NCBI GenBank assembly: GCA_041600755.1
Contig: JBFIJL010000001.1
Location: 186,896-250,895 of the forward strand
Length of the DNA stretch: 64,000 bases
Direction: 5' to 3'
Origin: Candidatus Saccharimonadales bacterium
Lineage (GTDB): Bacteria > Patescibacteriota > Saccharimonadia > Saccharimonadales > JAXHNE01
The notes beneath the pieces were generated by a model, which ran no database searches, was not told the DNA's origin, and worked only from the letters and a program-made list of their open reading frames with translations. Below, one piece after another: positions 53,979-62,187 of the stretch. The number at the start of each line of letters is the position of its first letter. Position 1 is the first letter of the stretch. Position numbers and translations under genes: made by a program.

Positions 53979-54895
53979 TATCGTTTCCTCCGCTTAGCTT
54001 TCTTAGCTGCGGATTTTTTAGGTTTGGGTTTTTGAATAATTTCACCTTCGATTACGTCATTTTTGGCAGCCTTATCGCTGAATGCCATTAATTCTTCCTC
54101 GTCTTGTCCGAGTACTTTAGCTTGCTGCAAGTAAGCCACAAGGCCACCTACGAACCAATACAGAGCGAGGGCAGAAGCCAAGCCGATAGTAAATACAAAT
54201 ATCATGACTGGAATAAAATACTGCATGGTCTTGCCGGTTGCTGCAGAAACCTCTGATTGATCTGCCTGTTTGCCGTTGCCGGCCTCTTTCAAAATCTCCT
54301 TGAGAGAACGAGCGTTTTTATCGGTAGGCATCAATTGCTTACTGCTTAGGTACTGTGTTATTGCGCTACCAGTAACCAACAGTAACGCCGGGAAGTAAAT
54401 GCCAGCCTCACCTACAGCACTACGAGTTAGATCAATAACTCCAAGGAAGGTTTCGTCAAATTGTGATATGTCGCCGGCAAGTGTTTGTAGCCACGACAAG
54501 TCACGAATCCATCCATAAGAGTAGGTGATGATGCTTTGTGGATCGTCTACAATTCGGCGCAGCCCAGAGTACAGGCCAAGCAAAATTATAAGTTGTACAA
54601 TCAAGATGCCGATTGTTCCAAATGGACTAATTTCTTTCTCTTTATATAGCGCCATGGTCATCAATGACTCTTGTTGGCGATTGCCCTTAGCGGCCTTCTT
54701 GATGCGCTTGAGTTCAGGCTGCAGTGAGCGCATCGCTTTGCTGTGGTGTAGCTGTTTCTTGATTAGTGGCCACATCAACAGTCTAACTACGACTGTAAAT
54801 ATAATAAGTGCGAGTCCAAAGTTGTGTCCAGGGAGCAATGCATAAATAAATACAAGCAGGTTGAAAATTGGCTTTACGATAAAAATATCAAACAT
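53978..54895 (-). CDS. yidC: membrane protein insertase YidC (short form)
   Basis: GLALIIFTVVVRLLMWPL...QPELKRIKKAAKGNRQ motif, five TMs, Lys-rich tail. Confidence 0.9.
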   Translation of the reverse strand: MFDIFIVKPIFNLLVFIYALLPGHNFGLALIIFTVVVRLLMWPLIKKQLHHSKAMRSLQPELKRIKKAAKGNRQQESLMTMALYKEKEISPFGTIGILIVQLIILLGLYSGLRRIVDDPQSIITYSYGWIRDLSWLQTLAGDISQFDETFLGVIDLTRSAVGEAGIYFPALLLVTGSAITQYLSSKQLMPTDKNARSLKEILKEAGNGKQADQSEVSAATGKTMQYFIPVMIFVFTIGLASALALYWFVGGLVAYLQQAKVLGQDEEELMAFSDKAAKNDVIEGEIIQKPKPKKSAAKKAKRRKR

Positions 54896-54936
54896 ATAGC
54901 ACCTATAATACCACAGAGGTGATTGGCTCCAACTGG

Positions 54937-55281
54937 CTAGATAATCTTAGCCTGGGAGAGTTGCGTGCGGATCATTGTGTCTAATTCTTCGTGCGGAATA
55001 GTGGCTGCAGATTCATGAAAAACAGTCACTACAATATCGTAGCTATCATTAATTTTAGGAGCGTAGTGGCGAATGATTTCAAAGATTCGGCGTCTGATCC
55101 TATTTCTAACCACTGCTGATTTATGCACCTTTTTGCTAACCACCACTGCTGCGCGGTATGTCTGTCGCTTTTCGTTGACTATAAACTTTACGGCGCAGAG
55201 CGGACCTCGCACAACCTGACCCGTCCGGTATACGCGCTTGAGACTGCCATAGCCATGAAATCGATGAGTTTTTGAGATCAT
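54937..55281 (-). CDS. rnpA: ribonuclease P protein component
   Basis: 114 aa. VVVSKKVHKSAVVRNRIRRRI RNR motif. Confidence 0.85.
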   Translation of the reverse strand: MISKTHRFHGYGSLKRVYRTGQVVRGPLCAVKFIVNEKRQTYRAAVVVSKKVHKSAVVRNRIRRRIFEIIRHYAPKINDSYDIVVTVFHESAATIPHEELDTMIRTQLSQAKII

Positions 55282-55320
55282 ATATTATTTCTTATTATAG
55301 AGTCTGATGTATTAAGTAAC

Positions 55321-55355
55321 AAAAAACTACACACCAACTTATCTGCAGTGTGTAG
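55321..55355 (-). terminator. candidate intrinsic terminator/attenuator between rpmH and rnpA
   Basis: Minus-strand CTACACAC-(13 nt)-GTGTGTAG followed by TTTTTT. The loop is longer than ideal. Confidence 0.4.
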
Positions 55356-55389
55356 AGATTTTAGCAAAAATCCTGATATCGTAGGAATC

Positions 55390-55527
55390 CTACGCAGAAA
55401 TCTTCGAGCGACCTTTATTTCGGCGGCGCTTTAGTAGAGCTTTTCCAGCCTTACTAGACATGCGCTGCATGAATCCGTGGCGTCGTGCGCGTCGGCGGGT
55501 CTTTGGTTGAAACGTTCGTTTTGGCAT
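55390..55527 (-). CDS. rpmH: 50S ribosomal protein L34 (below the ORF-track size cutoff)
   Basis: Hand translation: [45 protein letters not shown]. Confidence 0.95.
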   Translation of the reverse strand: MPKRTFQPKTRRRARRHGFMQRMSSKAGKALLKRRRNKGRSKISA

Positions 55528-55656
55528 AGGGACTTATTCTACCCTTACCGACCTCTGTTGTCAACACCATAACTTGCTAGCTGCCGCACAATCAACGCTT
55601 TGAACATAGAACTTTAGGGTGAAATTAACAATACTTCTCCCACTAATCCAAGCTAC

Positions 55657-55782
55657 TTATCCACTCTTTTGAATTATTTTTCCACAGATTTTCAGTGTAA
55701 AAATATGCCTGTGTATAAAATCACCCCTGTTAGTATTGATTCTGCGAAAAACAAAGATTGAACACATAAATTCTGTGGAAAA
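55657..55782. other. oriC part 1: DnaA-box cluster in the rpmH-dnaA spacer
   Basis: TTATCCACT 55657-55665, TTTTCCACA 55678-55686, TGTGTATAA 55710-55718 (reverse), TGTGGAAAA 55774-55782 (reverse). Each matches TTATCCACA at 8/9. Confidence 0.7.
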
Positions 55783-55860
55783 CTTTCGTTTGTTTGTTAT
55801 ATTAGGTGTACAAGACTCGTAAAAAAGTTGAGGGACACTAAATAAAGAGGGAGCGCGTGC

Positions 55861-57234
55861 GTGCAAGACAGTTTGTGGCAAGCAGTACTGGGAGAAGTAG
55901 AATTATCTATTTCACGAGCTAGTTTTGTAACTTGGTTCAAAAACACGCGCCTACTTCGCCGCAATGAAACCACTATGGTTATTGGTGTGCCGAATGTCTT
56001 TATAAAGCAGCAGCTTGAGAAAAAATATAATGAACTAATTGTCGGTATCCTCAAAAAGAATGGCCATGAAGCGTTACTTGTTGAATATAAGATTAACTCC
56101 TCTATTACGCCCAAGAAGAAAACTGACGAAGTGTTGGTTTCTCAAAATCAAGGCTCAACAACACAAGCAAAATCTTCTCGCTCCAAGCAGCAGCGCACGG
56201 CACTTACTCATAATTATCGTCAAGGCATTAACGAGCGCTACACTTTCGACAACTTTATTGTCGGATCAGCTAATGAGTTAGCCTATGCAGCCTGCCAAGC
56301 AGTGGCCCAAAACTCCGGAACCAAATACAATCCCCTCTTTTTATATGGAGGAGTGGGCATTGGCAAAACCCACCTGATCCAGGCGGTTGGCAATGAGGTA
56401 GTGAAAAACAACCCGTCAGCCCGAATCGTTTACGTATCTACTGAGCAGTTTGTTCAGGAGTTCCTTGATGCAATTCGATTCAAGAAGAATACAGACTTTG
56501 CCGGACACTATAGAAGTGCCGATGTTTTGATCATCGATGATATACAGTTTATTGCCGGCAAGGAAAAAACACAGGAAGAATTTTTCCATACTTTTAATGC
56601 CCTTCATCAAGCTAATAAGCAAATTATTATAAGTAGTGATAAACCACCACGAGAAATTCCAACCTTAGAGGAACGTCTACAGTCACGCTTTGCTTGGGGC
56701 ATGTCAATCGATATGCAAAATCCTGATTATGAAACGCGATGTGCGATCATCCAAACCAAGGCTGAAACACACAATGCCAGCCTTACGCCTGACGTTGTGG
56801 AATTTTTAGCTAATCTTGTGCAGACCAACATTCGTGAACTGGAGGGTGCACTCAACCAGCTACTTGCCTTTTGTGATATGCGAGGGCTTCAACCGGACCT
56901 CGGAATCGCTAAATCACTACTTGGCGGCAAGCAAGCAAGACCAAAACATGTTAGCGCCAAGCAAATTATCGAACGCTGTGCCAAGCATTTTCACATTGAA
57001 ATGGATGAAATACTCGGACCAAAGCGTGATAAGGACATTGTCGTTCCTCGGCAAGTTGCAATGTACATGTTGCGGAGTGAACTGCACTTAAGTTTCCCAA
57101 AGATTGCACGAGAGCTTGGGCGTAAAGACCATACCACAGCCATACATTCGGTTGATAAAATTGAGAAAGAATCGAACTTCGACCCTGACCTAAAAGCTGC
57201 AATTTCTCAAATCAAGGAGCAGTTATATGCTTAG
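55861..57234 (+). CDS. dnaA: chromosomal replication initiator protein DnaA
   Basis: GTG start (MQDSLWQAVL). AAA+ Walker A GGVGIGKTHL, box VII/sensor motifs, C-terminal HTH ...DHTTAIHSVDKI. Confidence 0.97.
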   Translation: MQDSLWQAVLGEVELSISRASFVTWFKNTRLLRRNETTMVIGVPNVFIKQQLEKKYNELIVGILKKNGHEALLVEYKINSSITPKKKTDEVLVSQNQGSTTQAKSSRSKQQRTALTHNYRQGINERYTFDNFIVGSANELAYAACQAVAQNSGTKYNPLFLYGGVGIGKTHLIQAVGNEVVKNNPSARIVYVSTEQFVQEFLDAIRFKKNTDFAGHYRSADVLIIDDIQFIAGKEKTQEEFFHTFNALHQANKQIIISSDKPPREIPTLEERLQSRFAWGMSIDMQNPDYETRCAIIQTKAETHNASLTPDVVEFLANLVQTNIRELEGALNQLLAFCDMRGLQPDLGIAKSLLGGKQARPKHVSAKQIIERCAKHFHIEMDEILGPKRDKDIVVPRQVAMYMLRSELHLSFPKIARELGRKDHTTAIHSVDKIEKESNFDPDLKAAISQIKEQLYA

Positions 57235-57239
57235 TTTTC

Positions 57240-57480
57240 TGTGTACAACTGGTGCAAAAACAAGCGTACAAGTTGCGTATAAAAGCACCGCCTTATACAC
57301 AAATGCACAGGTAGCTCGATTGTCCGCAAACCATACCACCCGACTTATCCGAAAGCTTGCACAGGATTTGTATGCAACTATCCACACCTTTGTCTGCAAT
57401 TCTCATCTGTTAATCAGTTTTGTACACAGTATCCCCAGGGCCTATAACTATAACTACTTATATATAAGTTAATAAGAAAC
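57240..57480. other. oriC part 2: DnaA boxes plus AT-rich candidate unwinding element in the dnaA-dnaN spacer
   Basis: TTATACACA 57293-57301 and CTATCCACA 57378-57386 (8/9). Weaker 7/9 boxes at 57240, 57345 and 57420. AT-rich CTATAACTATAACTACTTATATATAAGTTAATAAG at 57441-57478. Confidence 0.6.
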
Positions 57481-57490
57481 GAGGAATAAT

Positions 57491-58582
57491 ATGAAGCTAC
57501 AAGTCACTCAGGAAAATCTAAACAAAGCATTAAGTAGTGTTTCCAGAACTGCTAGTACAAAAAGCACTTTGCCTATTCTTTCTAATGTCTTATTAAAAAC
57601 AGTTGGCAATCGTTTGAGTATTGCAGCGACAAACTTAGACATTGCAATCACCCATAACATTGGATCAAAAATTGCGAGCGAGGGCACCATTACGGTTCCT
57701 GCTCGACTTACACAGGATTTTGTAAACAGCCTCCCAAGTGGAGTTATAGACTTAGAGCTTGAAGACAATAAGCTTCACATTTCTACAGAAAAGTATCAGT
57801 CAACCATCAATGGTGTATCTGCAGAAGACTTCCCTGTCATGCCAGAAATTACCGATGGTTCAACGATTACCGTGAAAGCCAAAGTATTAAAGGAATCACT
57901 ATCTCAAGTTATTATCGCTGCTAGTAATGATGAAGCTCGACCAGTATTGACTGGAATCTACATGCATACCAACAACGGAGATTTATATTTTGTGGCGACC
58001 GACAGCTACCGTTTGGCCGAAAAAAAGGTAATGCCACTAACCCAGGACGTAAAGCTATTAGTGCCGGCAAATGCAATGCAGGATTTACTGCGAATTCTTC
58101 CAGACGATGTTGATTCCGTGGAGATTGTGTATGACGACCAACAAGTTTGCTTCAGGGCTGGCGATATTGAGCTGGTTACTCGTATGATTGATGGTGAATA
58201 TCCAAACTATCGTGGTCTAATTCCGTCAGCTTTCGAAAACAGTGCTAGCGTGAGTCGAGCTGATTTCGTGAATATCACCAAAGTGTCTAGTCTGTTTGCC
58301 CGAGAGAGTGCCGGAAGTATCACGCTTAGTATCGATGAGGATAAGAAAGAACTCAGTATTACTTCGGTTGCATCGCAAATTGGTGACAACACCGCTGCCG
58401 CAACTGCCAAAGTTGAGGGTAAAGGTTCTATTACGCTTAATTCTCGTTATGTGCTTGATGGACTTAATGTTTTTAATGGATCAGATGTAGCCTTGCAATT
58501 TAACGGTAAGCTCGACGCCTCACAACTCATTGACCTCAAGCACAACGATTACATACACATTATTATGCCGCTCAAGAGTTAG
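57491..58582 (+). CDS. dnaN: DNA polymerase III beta sliding clamp
   Basis: 363 aa. MKLQVTQENLNKALSSVSR... three-domain clamp pattern. SD GAGGAA upstream. Confidence 0.95.
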   Translation: MKLQVTQENLNKALSSVSRTASTKSTLPILSNVLLKTVGNRLSIAATNLDIAITHNIGSKIASEGTITVPARLTQDFVNSLPSGVIDLELEDNKLHISTEKYQSTINGVSAEDFPVMPEITDGSTITVKAKVLKESLSQVIIAASNDEARPVLTGIYMHTNNGDLYFVATDSYRLAEKKVMPLTQDVKLLVPANAMQDLLRILPDDVDSVEIVYDDQQVCFRAGDIELVTRMIDGEYPNYRGLIPSAFENSASVSRADFVNITKVSSLFARESAGSITLSIDEDKKELSITSVASQIGDNTAAATAKVEGKGSITLNSRYVLDGLNVFNGSDVALQFNGKLDASQLIDLKHNDYIHIIMPLKS

Positions 58583-58599
58583 TCGGCTATAGTGTTGGT

Positions 58600-59655
58600 A
58601 TGATCCAAGATTTACGGCTTCAGCAGTTTCGCTCATACCAAGATGCTTCGTTTGAATTTGAATCAGGTGTAAATATTATCGTTGGTCCAAACGCTAGCGG
58701 GAAAACCAACTTACTTGAAGCCTTATTGGTTCTAGCTAGTGGCAAATCATACCGAGCCAAGGATAGAGACTTAGTACAACATGATATGGATTGGGCGCGG
58801 CTAGATGCCCTCGTGGATAACAAATCCCGGGTATTAAAATTGCAGACGAACACATCCACCGGCCGGGTGCAAAAAACATTCAAAACTCAAGAACTAGAAA
58901 AATCACGTTTACAGCTTGCTGACACGTTGCCGGTTGTAGTGTTCGAGCCAACTGACCTTCAGCTACTTACGGGCTCACCAGTGCGTCGACGTGCGTTTCT
59001 GGATACTCTACTTACTCGCACTCTACCCGACTATTCATCGATCATCCGTGACTACGAAAGAACTCTTGCTCAGCGCAATGCATTATTAAAGCGCGGTAAC
59101 GTCTCACCTGACGAACTGTTTGTTTGGAATTTGCGGCTTAGTGAATTTGGCGGACGAATTGCCAAAGAGCGTTGCGATTTAGTCAAAAACCTAAACAAGG
59201 AAATAAATAATCACTATGAGTCGGTTGCTGGTGTGCGCAAAAATATCTCACTGCAGTATAAAAGTGATATAGCTCAAGATTCGTATGGAACAGGGCTACT
59301 TAAAGCGTTGGAAAAAAATACTAAACTTGATCTGCTGCGCGGCTTTACGGGATCGGGACCGCACCGCGATGATTTTGTTTTACTATTTCATGATCGACCA
59401 ATAGCTGATGTTGCCTCTCGCGGTGAAGTTCGCACCTTGATACTGGGTTTGAAATTACTCGAATTATCGATAGTAGAAGTTGCCAGAAATCAAAAGCCGA
59501 TACTGCTACTTGATGACGTGTTTAGTGAGCTCGACGGCGCTAGACGCAAAGCCCTCACGGATTTTTTGAGCACCCATCAAACTTTTATAACCACCACTGA
59601 CGCCGACGTCGTAGTAGAACATTTCATGAACTCCGCCAACGTCATCGCTCTTTAG
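58600..59655 (+). CDS. recF: DNA replication and repair protein RecF
   Basis: LRLQQFRSY, Walker A GPNASGKTNLLEA, signature and Walker B LLLDDVFSELD. Confidence 0.95.
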   Translation: MIQDLRLQQFRSYQDASFEFESGVNIIVGPNASGKTNLLEALLVLASGKSYRAKDRDLVQHDMDWARLDALVDNKSRVLKLQTNTSTGRVQKTFKTQELEKSRLQLADTLPVVVFEPTDLQLLTGSPVRRRAFLDTLLTRTLPDYSSIIRDYERTLAQRNALLKRGNVSPDELFVWNLRLSEFGGRIAKERCDLVKNLNKEINNHYESVAGVRKNISLQYKSDIAQDSYGTGLLKALEKNTKLDLLRGFTGSGPHRDDFVLLFHDRPIADVASRGEVRTLILGLKLLELSIVEVARNQKPILLLDDVFSELDGARRKALTDFLSTHQTFITTTDADVVVEHFMNSANVIAL

Positions 59656-60947
59656 TTTTTAAGTACATCTAGATAATAGCTGATTAGACTTGAATCTTTT
59701 GACTCATCATCCCTAACCCCAAACACTAGTTCGCCGGTTGATGTGTAGAAAGAATTCTCGACACCGGTTTCGCTTGAGTTGAAACGATGCACCATGCGCA
59801 ATGCATCATCCTTAAAAACAAAAACACCATAATCATTAAGTACGAACAACTGTTCATTAAATGAAATAGCAGAACGTGTGAGGTTGGTGTAGATAGGCTG
59901 CGTAATTAGATTATTACTTTCATCTATTAAACCCAGTGCTTCGTCGGTTACTAAAATGCTTTCAGTATCACTTGACGCTGAGTAGTTAACTGCTGAGCCT
60001 TCAATCTCAAAAGACTCTAATTCATCACCATCCCCAGATAGGATAGCCACATCAATATACTTAGCTTCCTTTTCATCATGATCATGATCATGTTCTCCAG
60101 CATATTCACTTGGAGTTATGCCGGTCGTCACTATGACTTTATTATTTGCAGCAATTATTTTTGAATTTTCAGTATCATTGATGTGTAAAATCTTCTGTAC
60201 TGTTTTTCCTGTGTCGCTACTAGAGTACAATCCTTCACTGGATAATAAGAACAAAGGGCTACTTTTAGAGTGCCGTACAATGTCTTTGAGAGATAGAGTT
60301 ATGGCGTTCAATTCATCGTTTTCAATACCAAACCCCGCCGGCTCTATCCCCTCTTTCGTGTAAACTTTGATGGCAAATTCATTTACACCAAGATTGCTAC
60401 CGTTCTTAAAAAGCCCTATCCCAGTGAATGAAACGTAAATAAACGAATCATTGTCATCCCAGATGATTCGCTTAAGGTAGGGTACGGATATAAAGCCAAT
60501 TTTGGGAGGCTTGAAGCTTTCAGTGTCAAAACTAGTTACGTCACTAGTATCTGGTTGAATTCCTTGAACTAAAGTTCCGTCCTTGATGCCATATGAAACA
60601 GCTCCAAAATAAGCAAAACTTCTGTCGTATGTGTCGCTAACATTTAATTCAATTTGATAAGATTTGAAATTTTCAACAGATAATCCCCGAACACTCATTC
60701 CATCATTATTGGTGGTTCTTATGTAGATGTCCCCTGTTTCCAGGGTTCTGAATGTTGTATCGCCATCCCCAACTTTCTTAAATTCACCATCTTTTTCTGT
60801 CGATACCTCCACAACTGAACTAGTATTCGTCGACACTGTAATCTTTGCTGACTTGAAATAATTGAATATGTTCACCAAGACAACAATCACCAACACTAAA
60901 CACAGTAAAAACACCATGCGCCCCCTTGTAACCAATCTAGCTTCCAT
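59652..60947 (-). CDS. hypothetical N-terminally anchored extracytoplasmic protein
   Basis: 431 aa. One TM (MVFLLCLVLVIVVLVNIF), beta-rich body, HDHDHDEKE acidic/His patch. No family recognised. Confidence 0.5.
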   Translation of the reverse strand: MEARLVTRGRMVFLLCLVLVIVVLVNIFNYFKSAKITVSTNTSSVVEVSTEKDGEFKKVGDGDTTFRTLETGDIYIRTTNNDGMSVRGLSVENFKSYQIELNVSDTYDRSFAYFGAVSYGIKDGTLVQGIQPDTSDVTSFDTESFKPPKIGFISVPYLKRIIWDDNDSFIYVSFTGIGLFKNGSNLGVNEFAIKVYTKEGIEPAGFGIENDELNAITLSLKDIVRHSKSSPLFLLSSEGLYSSSDTGKTVQKILHINDTENSKIIAANNKVIVTTGITPSEYAGEHDHDHDEKEAKYIDVAILSGDGDELESFEIEGSAVNYSASSDTESILVTDEALGLIDESNNLITQPIYTNLTRSAISFNEQLFVLNDYGVFVFKDDALRMVHRFNSSETGVENSFYTSTGELVFGVRDDESKDSSLISYYLDVLKN

Positions 60948-62187
60948 TGCTAATTCCTTCCGTTAGGTTTGCCTTTTTTGATGCCTCAATATTAATTTCA
61001 ACATGCAGGTGATCTGTGTGTGGATTTGTTCCGGTGTAGTTGCGCCAGCCTTCCTTAGAGGGTGTCCAAGTTTTTTGATTCCAGATTACACGCTGTATCC
61101 CAAGCTTGTCCGCATTATTTATTAGGAAATTCCTTATTTCGTTACCCGTACGCAAGCCTTCTGGATTTGTCGCATCTACCATGATGTCGATTGCGCGTCC
61201 CACCCCATGAATACTGGTTGCAGATCCACCGACAATTGATCGACAACTATAGCCACCGACTGACGTTACAGGTGGTGACCAAGCACCTAGAACGAACTGT
61301 CTTAAGTTTTCTGCTCCAGCGGTAAAACTTCCCGTGCAGTTTGATGATTTGTGGCTCCCTGGAGGTGAGCCGTCAACAGTTATCGCAGGGTTGGCATCAT
61401 AATTGGGTTCATTTGTATTAAAAGATCCACTACAACCAGAAGCGCTAGTTGATACACTATTGCCTCCGTACAAATCTAGTATATCTTGAGCTAGTCCAGC
61501 GCGGTTATTTAGCTCATTGGTTGCAGAATTGTCGCCGGTTGGTTGTACCGGGTCAGCCGCCTTACCAGCATCAATGACGGCTTTTGGTCTTTCGAAGAAG
61601 GATAAAAAGATCCATGTAGCTTGTCTCATGTCTGCCGAATCTTTGATACCCTGGTACCCGAGTTGAGAATTGTTCTCAAATTCGTGAAGCAGAAAATCTA
61701 GCTCCAGCTCCAGACTCAAAGTTTCAGACTCTCTACCTTGATCAATAGCAAACTGTCTCCAGTTGGCTTGCCTTCCGCCAGTTGTCCATTGGGCAATTCC
61801 GAACCCAACTCCAGGAACTATCTCACTAGGTGAGTTAATTGTTTGCATGCCAGCACCTTGTTTACGATTTGGAATAACGCCACTCTCCGCAACTAAATTA
61901 CCAACTATTCCAGCCGACTGCTCTGGAGTCAATCCAACACTGCGAAAATAATTAAATGCCACCTCGGCATTATTAGATCCCGCAAATGACCCACCTACGG
62001 AGCATCTACTTGCTTCCGGAATATCGCCCTCACAATTTATTACAGCTACTCCAAGATCGCGCAGTTTCCGTTCGCTACAATTGGGATCAGTCAGTTGAGC
62101 GCTAGCCATGGGTGCGGGTAACGACACAACCAATAACAGAATTACAGTGATAGAAAAAAAGACGTTAATCTTGCGTGAAAGGTACAT
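60937..62187 (-). CDS. secreted two-domain peptidoglycan hydrolase (phage-tail-lysozyme-like N-domain + LAS-type metallopeptidase C-domain)
   Basis: AGGAGG SD then ATG 62187. Signal peptide ...LPAPMASA. SAGIVGNLVAESG motif. HGVGRAIDIM and HTDHLHVEI (H..D / HxH zinc ligand pattern). Confidence 0.65.
   Translation of the reverse strand: MYLSRKINVFFSITVILLLVVSLPAPMASAQLTDPNCSERKLRDLGVAVINCEGDIPEASRCSVGGSFAGSNNAEVAFNYFRSVGLTPEQSAGIVGNLVAESGVIPNRKQGAGMQTINSPSEIVPGVGFGIAQWTTGGRQANWRQFAIDQGRESETLSLELELDFLLHEFENNSQLGYQGIKDSADMRQATWIFLSFFERPKAVIDAGKAADPVQPTGDNSATNELNNRAGLAQDILDLYGGNSVSTSASGCSGSFNTNEPNYDANPAITVDGSPPGSHKSSNCTGSFTAGAENLRQFVLGAWSPPVTSVGGYSCRSIVGGSATSIHGVGRAIDIMVDATNPEGLRTGNEIRNFLINNADKLGIQRVIWNQKTWTPSKEGWRNYTGTNPHTDHLHVEINIEASKKANLTEGISNGS

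Noticed and set aside
55380-55394. Palindrome CGTAGGA-A-TCCTACG overlapping the rpmH stop codon
   Set aside because: The loop is too small for a stable terminator hairpin and no U-tract follows. The downstream 8-bp hairpin with a T-run (55321-55355) is the better attenuator candidate.
55657-56114. Minus-strand ORFs (74 aa and 105 aa) across the rpmH-dnaA spacer and the dnaA 5' end
   Set aside because: They are antisense to dnaA or lie within the DnaA-box region, and the sequences are not protein-like.
57227-57472. 81-aa ORF in the dnaA-dnaN spacer
   Set aside because: It sits on the DnaA-box cluster and AT-rich element, has no RBS and overlaps the dnaA stop. It is interpreted as oriC sequence.
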